Shown piece after piece: positions 39,001 to 49,527 of a DNA stretch of 64,000 bases. The first letter of the stretch is position 1. The number at the start of each line of letters is the position of its first letter. The DNA is from Zygnema circumcarinatum SAG 698-1b (Eukaryota; Plantae; Zygnematophyceae). The notes beneath the pieces were generated by a model. That model ran no database searches. It saw nothing but the letters and a program-made list of their open reading frames with translations, and was not told the DNA's origin. Where the stretch lies: positions 2,017,361 to 2,081,360 of the forward strand of contig CM074805.1 of NCBI GenBank assembly GCA_037447605.1, read 5' to 3'. The translations under genes and the position numbers were made by a program.

Positions 39001-42000
39001 CAGTGAGAGGACCAGTCCTGCCGGTGGGAGGGAGGCATCATCCACGTAAGGCTCGCAGAAGGCGCGACAGGGGCCGAATACTTGGTTGGCCAGGCGCTGG
39101 TGAGTCTGGCTGGAATTCTTGAGCCCAAAGGGAAGCACCGTCCACTGCACGAAGCGCGTGGCTGTGCGAAGCCCTGTCTTGCAGCGATCGGCCTGTCGCA
39201 GGGGGATCTGCCAGAAGGATTTCTGCATGTCAAGTGCCGAGAACCACCGGTCATCAGGGGAGACGCCGTGGAGAATCAGGTCCACATCCGTAACGTGTAG
39301 TAGGGATCCCACTCGCTATTGCATCCGCCCGCAGAAGTCCCCACGGCTGAGTGTGCCATCCGCTGGGGCAGAACGCCGGAAGCTGGCCCAAATTTCCGTT
39401 CCATCAATCCGTATAGCCCACGCTTCGCCGCCGACTGCTCGACATCGCCACAAGGCCGGGCGTGAAAAGCGCCGCAGGGAGTCGTGTCATCACCGAGACG
39501 ACCTCGTGGACAATGTGGTGCTCAATCGTGAGCCCCTGGCCATGTCGAGGAATGTCAGCGAAAACTAGGTGATTTCGGGCGCAAAGACTTGGCGAGTTGA
39601 GAATGCTTTGATCGGGTTCTCAGAGGACCGCAGTGCCCCAACGCACCGCCTCTATTTCCAAACACCTCATCACCGATGGTCTCATGGGGGAAAGGGTGTA
39701 GGTATCACCGGCCGTACCGCTCTTCCTCGTCGGGCGCATCGGTGGACTCGGTGAGCAGGAGGGGGAAAGCCCCGCTACTTCCAGACGTGACTGGTCATCC
39801 ATAAGAAGAATGGGAGTCAATCTAATGGGTACATGGTGATCTCCGGTAGAGACCGCCACGCGGGCGCGGGCGCTTGGGGAAGGCGAGGTGGTGAGGGACT
39901 CGAGGATGAGGGGGAAGGAGCATTCTGTCCCGCCAGCAGATAAGTGCAGTTGACATGTAGCAAAGTCGATTTGTGCTCCCATCGCGATGAGCCAATCTGA
40001 GCCCAGCAGGATAGAATAGTGTTCAGCGGCGTGATGACTGCATTCACTGTGGCTCCCATCTCGCCAAGACTGATGACCACTTGGGCGCTGCCCAATCCTT
40101 CATGTAAGCTCCCTTCAACTCCCCACATATCGGGATGGGCTCATGTCTGGCTCCAACTTAACCCCCCGCCATCACAAAGCCGGGGATGCAACCGCGGCGC
40201 ATAGCTCCCTCGCGGTTTATCATGGCTTTGCTGGGGATGACCGCTGGAGCCAAGGCACGACAATGGTCCGCACGCTGGGCGTCGGGATGCAGAGGGAGGA
40301 TCTGATCCGCCGAGGAGGATGGCGCAGGGAGCTGGACTGCCTGGGCGAGGCCAGAAGCCATGTGGTGGATATCGGCCGGCGAGGGGACGTCTGGAGGAGG
40401 GGCCATAGGAACCGTCGGAGGCCGTAGGGTGGCCTCTGCGCTGTCGGCCAGCTTTCGAACTACGGCGGCAGCACCTGGTACAAGCTCCATCAACCGTGAC
40501 AAGGTACTGACATCTTAGCCTTGTCTCCTTATGAGTTGATGAACCATGCGCTCAATCAGGATAGGTCACCGTCGGGGTGGTCGCACGCATCGGCCGCTGG
40601 GGGTAGAAACGGCCGCCCAAGGGCTTAATGGGAGTGGCTGACGGCATCTCTTCGCCGGGTGTGCTTCGCCTGGCCGCGCCACCGCCGCTCCTCCCCTCAT
40701 CAGATCGCTCCATTCCCTCGCGGATCCCGGCCGGATGACCCGCGTGGAAGGAGGGAGAACTGAAGTTCTCCGGACAGGGGTGGCGACCGGTGGAGCCGTG
40801 CCAGAGGAGCTGGCGCCGTTGACATCGGCAGGGAGGAATGGCAGGGGATGTGAATGAGGATCACTTTGGTTGACAGGGAGCCTGCGCAAGGCATTTGCAA
40901 TCTCGGCGATCCGGGCTTGAGCACCCTCTTCAGAAGTGATGGGGGATTCGGACCAAGCCGGTTGCAATGCTGCGGCAATCTGGGCAGTGCGTGAGCGGGC
41001 AGCAGGATCGGGCTCAGCACCCAATGCGTTTGTCAGTGAAGGGGAGTCCATGGGGTGCAGGTGGATAGGCGGACGTTGCAGGATGGTGTAAGNNNNNNNN
41101 NNAGAAGGTGCAGGTCCATGGTCCGCAACGCAGCCGCGGATTATGATTCAGGCCGCAGGCAAGACAGACGCCCTCTGGAACCCCTGCCTCTGTCATCCGA
41201 CGGCGCAGATCGGCCCTGGCAGCTTCTCTCTCTTCGGGTGTGCGATCGGAATAAGGAGCCCGATATCCTGGACGAGAAACATCTGGTATGTGAGGATTCA
41301 CCGCCGGCTCAATGGGACGTGCAGGATCATGAGGGTATGGAGAAAGGGGAAGGGGCTTGGTCGTGCTGGCTATGGCCAGAGGCTGCACCACAGGGGCTGA
41401 CCGGACGTCTTGAGCAGGGATGCCGGAGAAAGACGGCTTGTTCCTAGAAGATGTAGCATAGGGATCATACAACTGCTGATTCTGTGTCTTCAGGAACTGC
41501 TGGTAGAGTCGATCTTGTCGTGGATCTGTAGCGTTCATGTAATGTGGTCGTACATGTCGGTTGCCTCTCTCTTGATCCTTCTGAATTCGCTCTGCCCTTT
41601 CTAACAAGGCCTGGGCATCTGCTGGTGGGTTGTCGCGCAACTCACGATCCAGATGGAGATCCTTCTCGCTGATGGCCTTGCGGAACCACTGGAGAACTTC
41701 GGGAAAGTCAGGCAAGTTCTCGATAGTATTTGCCATGCGCACAAAACGCTCAGTGAATTCAAACAGCCGCTCATCACTGTAGCATTCTATGTAGCGAAGT
41801 CGGTCTAGCACAGTGATCGGATCTGAAATCCAGCGTTGTCTGAAAGCTTGCTTGAATGTGTCCCTTTGTCAGGGTGGCGACGACATCTGCTTTGTGCCAG
41901 TTTCGGGACAGCTTCCAGTTGACTGCCTCGCCTTCCAGCGCTCCAAGGGCAAGCTTGATCCACTGGTCCTCCTTCAGGTCTGCTTGCGCTGCTTTCTCCT

Positions 42001-43780
42001 CAAGGTGTCTCAGCCAAGCCTCTGCATCTTCCTGCTTGCCGGTGAAGCCTCTAGTGATGATGCCCGTGGTATCCCTCACCTCACTCTTTTCGTGAATCAA
42101 GGCTATCGGGCTTTGTCATCATCTCTTCCATCTTGCCGGGAACTCATCTCACTCGCGGTGCTTCTCGCAGTTGGTGCGAAGCCGGAGGCCCCAGCGCATC
42201 GCCCCGCCTTCGCCCTCGCCGCCGCCTGGGTCAGCTGGATGGGTAAGTCGAAAGCTGGAGGTGAGGGTGTCTTTCCCCGATGATTCCCTTGCTCGTCAGA
42301 GACCGCGCCGCAGCGCTTGAAGGGACTCGTGCGAGAGGTTATCCCGACCGGAGATCCCGTGGGGTTTTCTCGCGGGGCCGCTGGTGGGGACCTCAGTTCA
42401 ACGCATCTCCCTCACGGGCATCGGGCGGCCGCGGACAAATTGACCGGCAAAGCCTAAAGCTTGATCATCCCGGCTGGCGGCGTATTGTCAAATGGGGTTT
42501 GTGGCCATCAATGCCGGTGACGGAGTCGTAAGGTGTACCAATCATCGACCGCTCAAGGTAAGCCGACCGATAAGGGTTCTCTCGGGTGATGCCCATCTTC
42601 GCCTCTCTCTCGACCGCTTCCTCTCCGAAACTGGAACAATCCGCCCTTGGATTCATCGCCTCGCTCTTCTTCTTCTTGAGGTGCCAAGTCTTCATCGAGA
42701 TACTTTCGTGAATACGCTTGTCCCTAACTAACTGCGGCTCTTCATCCATGGCGGTTGTGACCACCGGGTCCGCGGGATCAGCCGACCTCGCATTATCAAG
42801 GTACGTGGATCGCAAAACCGACTCGATACCAAGATAAGTGGGGTTAAGAAGGCCCGATGGAAAGCTAGTTGCGGGTGTTGTGACCACTTCAGCGTCGCGT
42901 CTTTGAAACTAATGAAGGGAGTTGGGTTAGTTCACGGTAAGGTGCACTGCGGCATAGAGCGGGATCCGGAGATTCAGAGGTACCTTGCTTGTGAGCGTAG
43001 GGATGCGAAGGCGTTCACCGTGGTTTGGATTTCGATCATAAAGAGCCCGCTCCTTGGGGGCTCTCTTCCCACAATCCTCTCCTCGGCTATTCTCTTTAGC
43101 TAGGCTTCTGGTGATCATTTGGTCATTGAGAGTAATGCAAGGCAGGATAAGAGGCAAGATAGGGGCTTGGCATGGTAATAGCAGTGAGAGGAGAAAGCTT
43201 GATACTCAACTTAGATAAAGGAATTGGTATTTTGGAAACTCACCCCAGCCAGCGGTTGGCTGGGGAATGTCATTACAATGAAATTGTCTTCTCACTGAAA
43301 TCTTTGTCTAACTGGGCTGAATGGGACGTCTAAATGCTATCAGCAAGAAGACTCTTTCTCTTTCTCTCTCTCTCTCTATCTATGGCATGGAACTCTCTCT
43401 CTCTCTCTCTCTCTTACTTAGCATCTGTTGCTGTAACTGAAGAGGAAGGAAAAGAAGAAAGAAGAACAAGACAACAAACCACACAGCAAATACAAATACT
43501 AAGCCCAGCACTANNNNNNNNNNTGCCCCCTGAGAGGCCTGACTGACTACGTGGAGCCTTCGGATAGGTCAACTGATGATAATCGGAGGCATCTTGCGGC
43601 GCTTCCGAGTGCGCCTTGCTGGATGGTGTGCCGTTCCGTGGGCCGCCAACGCATGGCGCCGCCTTCTCTCAATCTCCGTTGGCAGCTCCTGGATTCCGTT
43701 GATCCGTGACACGGAAGAGGCCTATGTCAAGTACAACTGAACGGACGCGGATCCGCCGAACGCAGCTCCGTTACGCTAGA
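36027..43780 (-). mobile_element. Gypsy B copy B2 (5' LTR 42832-43780, PBS, gag, PR, RT, RH, IN), indel-rich
   Basis: Collinear with B1. ALDMQKSFWQIP...PYVDD; PBS TGGTATC at 42825-42831; LTR start TCTAGCG, a noisy version of TGTAGCG. Confidence 0.9.
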
Positions 43781-44722
43781 CGCTGGCTCGGAGAGGCTGC
43801 CGTACGACCACATGCCCGTACTACTGTACGGCCATCCTAAAAGCGTTTAATAGAACGGCCTGACTTGACCACCACTTGACCACCAGCACCACCAGCACAC
43901 CTTGGCGCACCATGAGGGCTGTATGCTCACCGCGACTCTGCCGATGAGTTCATTCCGTTGGCTGTCGAGATTGTTGGCTGCCTCGATGCTCGGTTGGATG
44001 TCTTCCTTCGCCAGTGCGCCCACCGCTCCTTTCAGATGCACGCACGGCCCCGGAAGCCCTCCCCCAGCGATCCTCGCTACTTTTTATCGACAGCGCATTT
44101 CCGTCGCTTTGCAGCGCTGCCTTGCTTCCACCATCCTTCGGCGTGCAGCGGTTGGTGGGACCCGTCCCGGTGGTCTCCCGCCCCTCCCTGCGCGTGTTGC
44201 GCCGCACATCGGCGACCTTCGCGGCTGCTTCTAGGGCCGTGTTGTTCAGCCTGGAAGTAGATTTCCGTTTCGAGGCTTTCTCTTTGTCCTTATGTCCATT
44301 GTGACCGCTGCCTCTGGTTCCCTATGTCAATTTTATCCATGTACATATTAGGGCGTGTCAGACTTAACAAAATGTTACGAATATCGAGTTTTTAGTATTA
44401 CGAGAATCGAGGTTACTAAGTACTAAAAATCATCGCGCCCCCGAACCTAAACCGAACCGAACGGAAGTCAACTGTGCTAAGTCAACGGGTCAACGTTACG
44501 AAGATTGACCCGTGGGGTTTACTAAAAAGGGCACTTCTTCGCACGATTTTGTTCGCACCCAAAAGAGGCGCCGAAATGGACGTGCGAAGAAAAGAATGGC
44601 GAAAATCGCGTCAACGTGACGTCATGGTTGTTTTCCCGCCCGCCCGCGCGCCGGGTCCCACTCTTGTCGTCGAGCCACCCCCCAACAACCTCCCCCTCCC
44701 CCTCCTTATCCGGCCGCCCGCC

Positions 44723-45399
44723 ATGGCCCGAGGTTCTGTGCCTGACGCCACCTGCCTGCGCCCTTCCCTCCCTTCCGGAGGGACTCGAAACCCACGTGTG
44801 GCTGCGCTTCACGCGCTAACTTTGCTAGAGGTACTCCCTCGTTCCTTGCCTTTCCTTTCCTTTCCTTGCCTTTCCTTGCCTTTCCTTGCCTTTCCTTGCC
44901 TTTCCTTGCCTTTCCTTGCCTTTCCTTGCCTTTCCTTGCCTTTTTCCTTGCCTTGGTCTGTAGCTGCTGCTATAAGCCGAAGTGGAGCTTCAGAGCGAAC
45001 AACGCGCTGACCTTCACGTGGTTCTTGTGTCTCCCTTGGTATGTATATATTATGTATATATATATTATATATATTATTATTTTTGCTTTCTCTTGAAATC
45101 TCATTAAGTTCTTTAATACCTTCATAAAAATTGCTGAAAAAATTGTATAGAATTGCTCAGATTTGTCTGATTGACCCTACTATTTCTGCGTTATCTTTAG
45201 CGATCGTTTTCTTTGGGTTCAAGGTTATTTTGCATCTGGGAGTAGACTCGTAGACTTGAAATTTATCTCTTAACTTCTGAAATACTTCATTTTTTGTGGT
45301 TTTTTTAATAATGTTCTGAGTTAATTGCAGATTCCCGGCAACGTTGGGTCGATTGCGCGGACATGTGCGGCGACATCGGTGGGGCTGCACCTTGTGGAG
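44723..45399 (+). CDS. trmL: 5' exons of a TrmL/SpoU tRNA 2'-O-methyltransferase (exons ~44723-44830, 44994-45038, 45331-45399); remainder not seen
   Basis: Spliced LHVVLVSPL|IPGNVGSIARTCAATSVGLHLVE is the SPOUT TrmL N-terminal motif, with clean GT/AG sites. The first exon is less certain. Confidence 0.75.
44842..44953. repeat. (TTTCCTTGCC)n 10-bp tandem repeat, ~10 copies, intronic
   Basis: Direct reading. Confidence 0.95.
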
Positions 45400-46405
45400 G
45401 TGAGTGAGAGGGAGAGAGACAGAGAGAGAGAGAGAGGATGGAAGAGGCCGGAAAGAGGAGGGACGAGAGAGGAGAGAGGGAGAAGGGTAGTGGGAGAAAA
45501 GAGGTGAGACAGAAAGAGAGTGTAGGACAGTCAAGGGGAGAGAGGGAGGGACGCAGGGAGAGAGAAGAGGGAGGAGTGAGGNNNNNNNNNNCCTCCTCCC
45601 CCACCCTCTCCGTATTCCCCAACTCCCTCCCTTTCCCCCCACCCTCTCCCTCCCTCCCCCCCCCGCCCTCTCCCTCCCTCCCCCCCCCAATTCTAAGGTG
45701 ATGGACGGTGGGTTGGCTTGTTGGTGAGGTTCGATGTCACCCACTTATGCGACGTGTGCAGTATTCCACCACTCGTTATTCCAAATGTTTACTTTTATGC
45801 CGAGATGTGAATTCCGATAACATGCTCCAACAAAGTACGGCCAGTGCCGGATGTCAATCTGTTGAATTTTTATTTTTATCTGAGTTCAAACTAAATATTA
45901 TCACTTTTAGCCACTCGGCCTCTCTTAACTATGTATACACAGTTCACGTTCTCTCTCTCTCTCTCTCTCTCCCCCCCTCTCTCTCTCGCTCCCCCCTACC
46001 CCTCCCTTTCAACTTCCTTCTTAACCCCTTGTCCCACTCCCTATCTTCCTCTCACTCTGTCTCTCCCTCCCTTTCTTCCTCTCTCCCTCTCCCTAAACCC
46101 TAAGCCCTTCAACTTCGTACCCATACTAGTTCTCCTAATTCCGACCTTCTCTAGTCAACAAAACAAGAATTTAAAAAAAACCAAACTATTTCACCCGTTC
46201 AACAATATTTCGCCACCGTTTTTTTTTACTATTTTTCTGCCCTGAAATTTTGAACACTTTTAGTCCGATGGAATCTCCACTTCCATTTTCACGCTCGATC
46301 CAAGAACCTGCAGAAATAAAAAACGACGTTAAGAAAAAATTCCAAATTTAAAGGAAAAATTTAGCCACCTTGCTATATTCAGATAGCAACCCCCTTAAAG
46401 CCCAT

Positions 46406-46636
46406 TTATGCCCCATATGCACCCCTTTTTTCACTCCATTTGGACCCATTTAAATAAAAAAAACGCTCATAAAAATAGCGTGAAGATATTACTTGCTGAT
46501 ACAAATCCATCAATTCTTCTGCTTCTGTTTCGTCGTCAGAAGAATCTGCTTCTTCTTCATCCTCATAAAAATAAGCAAATGCAATTAAGCCCTCTAAAAC
46601 TGCAAGTATGCGATTTCTATCTGACTGTCGAGGCAT
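46406..46636 (-). pseudogene. Possible PIF/Harbinger-like transposase N-terminal fragment
   Basis: MPRQSDRNRILAVLE...DEEEADSSDDETEAEELMDLYQQVISSRYF resembles acidic N-termini with an SRY motif; by-eye only. Confidence 0.35.
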
Positions 46637-49527
46637 AATGATGGCAATGTTTCGAATGCAGCTTTGAATGCTGCAGGAAAGGATAAAAAAAAAGAAAAGG
46701 AAACAAAAAAGGTAGTAAGATGGTAGGCAGACAAGGGGGCAGGCCGGCAAGGGGGCGGGGAAAAGCAAGGAAAGGGGCAGGCGGTGGGAAAAGGGGGCAG
46801 GGAGTGGGAGCAGGGGCACGGAAGGGCAGTGGGCAAGGGAATTTTATAAGGAAAAGGGGCAGGCCGGCAAAGGGGCAGGAAGTGATGAGGGGTAGTGGGG
46901 AGCGGGGAGGGGGCAGCGGGCAAGGGGGTAGCTAGGCAAGGGTGCAGGCCGGCAAGCGGGCAAGTAGGCAGGCATACAGGGACAGGGAGCAGGGGGGCAG
47001 GCGGGAGTACCTGGAGCAAAGGGAGCGTGTGGGGACTGGGGAGCGGCCACAAGAAGTTGTTCGCCCGATCAAGTTGGGCGCTGACAAGGGACGGCGGGCA
47101 AGCGTGAACAAGACCCTCGGCTTAAGTCGGGGCGGCAGCAGCAGGAGGAGGAGGAGGAGGAGGAGGAGGAGGAGGCGGCGGCGGCGGCGGGGGAGGAGAT
47201 GGTGGCGGCGCGCAGCGACGTGACGCGCAACACGACACAACGACAAGCGGTCTCCGCGCGCCGCGCCGGCGCTGTTTCTAAGTCTGAGGGCCCCGCGCGA
47301 GGGCGAAGTTGCGAAGACGGCGTTTGGAGAAGTGCGAAGACGGCGATCGCGGAGTGCGAACAGGACCGAGCCGCGAGTGCGAAAAACTACGCTCGGGAAT
47401 TTTAGTTTTACTGACGTTGACTCGAAATGTTACGAATATCGAGTTTTCAGTATTACGAGAATTTTTTAACTCTGACACGCCCTATTTGATGGCCTTGCCA
47501 TCGAGAGTTCAATCAAACATCACTCTCCCTAATTCTAATATCCGACACTGCGTTATAATATCTGGCGGTCGCCCGTGTACGACCCGGTAACGGTCCAGGA
47601 AGGAACAGATTCCGCCCGTACTGTCGGCGCCGCCTTCTTTGTCCTGTATTATACCGCCCGACGCCGCCACGTGGGCGCTGCCCCGTGCGCACTCGCGCCC
47701 TCCCATTGGCCCGCTGCCTCCCGCATGCTCGGGTCGATAGGCGCCACGTGGTGGCTGCGCGTGCAGCAGCGTCAGCAGGCAGGCAGGCCCCCTACGGGGC
47801 GGGCGGGCGGGCGGGCAGGCCGCGCACGGTCCGCGGGAGGGCGGGGCTGCTGGACAGGAAAGGTTTTCGGAACGCGCGGTACATCCGTGTTGGGCAAAAC
47901 TCTCGTAGTCCATAATTTACGTTTTTCTTTAGGTAATGTTAATTCTTGAGCAAAATCTTTCGTTTGTTTTTCAAATCGCGTTTTCTTTTCTCTAAAGTAG
48001 TCTTCTTTTCGTAAGTATTATTCGAAAAGTTGGCAAAGTCTACGACTCAGCGCACTCGCCATTGTGAGCTTAAGAAAGTGCACTTGTCGATGCTGCTGTT
48101 GCTGCTGTTATTGTCCATTGTTTTTGTTATCACCAAAGAAGCAAGTTTCTGGACTTACGGTTCGAAACTCGGTTCAATTTGCGTTTGCAAATTGGCCCTA
48201 GTTTGCAAACTAGTAAGGAAGGTCAGGACCGGCCACGACCATGGTCCATGCCATGCCATGCCAGCCCCTCGGTCCTGCCCCATGCCCATGCCCCCATGCC
48301 CGCCCAACACGGCGTCGTTCCTGCACGCCCCGCCAGCCGCCGCGCAAAACGCCAAACCGTCCGCCGCGGCCGCGCAATACGCCAAACCGTCCGCCGCGGC
48401 CGCGCAATCACCCCCCCGCCCCGCGCCGTCCTCGCCGCGCGGCGCCAAGCCCGTCCGCCCATCCGTACACGTTTGTCGCGCACGCTCGCCGAGGCCCGGG
48501 CGGCGGACGATCGGGGGGCGACCCCGCGACGCCCGCCGCGGGCGGCACGAGGCGAGCCGTACGGACGGACGGATGGACGGACGGACGGACGGACGGTCCG
48601 TCCGGCGCCCTGCGGCGGCGGCGGTGGGGGCCGCGCGCGAAGGGCGGCCGACGAGCGCGCGTGGCCGTACGGATAAGTGCGTCCGAAGCGCCAACAGTGC
48701 GGTCCGCTTCCCGGCTCGACCCCTTTCAGCCGTCCGATCTGAATCGGACGGTGGCGAGTCGCCGCAACCCAGAAGCGCGGCGGTCGAATCGCGTGGATTC
48801 TGTTGGCCAGTAATGCCAGCGCGCACTGGATAACGCGACGCCGTAAGTACCTGTCGCGTAGCGGCCCTTTCCGCGCCTTGTCGATTTGTCGCTGACGCAA
48901 AGCCGTACATTATTTGTACACCCCGCGTGGCCCTGCCGGCGCACACGAGAGTCGCTGTTCACGCCCCAATAATGGCCTCGCGCACCGGCCAATCGGCACC
49001 CCCCGCGCCGCGGTCCTCGCACGCCGATTGGCGGTCCGCCCGCCAGCGTTGAACGGCGCCAGATCCTGCGGCCGCGCGGGGACCGGCCCTTGTCACGTCT
49101 GTTCGTACAGAGGGAGGGCAGATGACGTCACCCTCCAGCCTGTCCAAAACGGCACCGCCCGGCGGTCCATTGGCCGCGCAGCCGCGCTGACGCCAGCAGG
49201 GCGGCAACCCTTGTCGCGTGCGCAGCGGCGCGGCGCCGCCTTCCACAAGAGGTCAAGGTCTCGCCCCCTCCAAGGATCCGCCCGGCCGTACATATTCGTA
49301 CAGTGTCTCCGTATAATGCCGTACATCTCACGGATCTGCAGCCTGTAAGTTGGCCGATATTCTATGCGATTTATCTGCCACACGGCGCCGCACGAGTGGC
49401 GGAGAGGCCCTGCCGCGGGCGGGCGGGCGGGCGGGCGGGCGGTCGCCATGGACGCTCCTCCTCAACCGCGCGCCAGCTGAGGGCAGCGCAGGGCAGCGCA
49501 GGGCAGGGCAGGGCAGCGCCACGTGGC

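Larger units (their letters stand above)
24729..43839. mobile_element. hAT-like MITE expanded by nested insertions (MULE MITE, Gypsy B2, Copia, Gypsy A)
   Basis: Left TIR TAGGGATGGC (24729-24738), right GCCATCCTA (43831-43839, one C short). GTACGACC subterminal motifs on both sides of B2. The 8-bp flanks do not match. Confidence 0.45.
44349..47484. mobile_element. hAT-like TIR-bounded segment (~3.1 kb)
   Basis: 14-bp TIR TAGGGCGTGTCAGA / TCTGACACGCCCTA. Subterminal direct repeat AATGTTACGAATATCGAGTTTT(T/C)AGTATTACGAGAAT at both ends. No matching 8-bp TSD. Confidence 0.65.

Noticed and set aside
26531-43513. Numerous frameshifts as programmed recoding
   Set aside because: They differ between duplicate copies and fall inside catalytic motifs, which fits decay or read error.
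44842-44953. Regular repeat as a CRISPR-like array
   Set aside because: Head-to-tail 10-mers with no spacers, inside a eukaryotic intron.
46092-46107. Telomere-like CCCTAAACCCTAA
   Set aside because: Fewer than two full units; expected by chance.
47500-49450. Many overlapping 100-270 aa ORFs on both strands
   Set aside because: Very GC-rich sequence with (GGAC)n and (GGCG)n repeats suppresses stop codons. The products are Arg/Pro/Ala low-complexity with no motifs.
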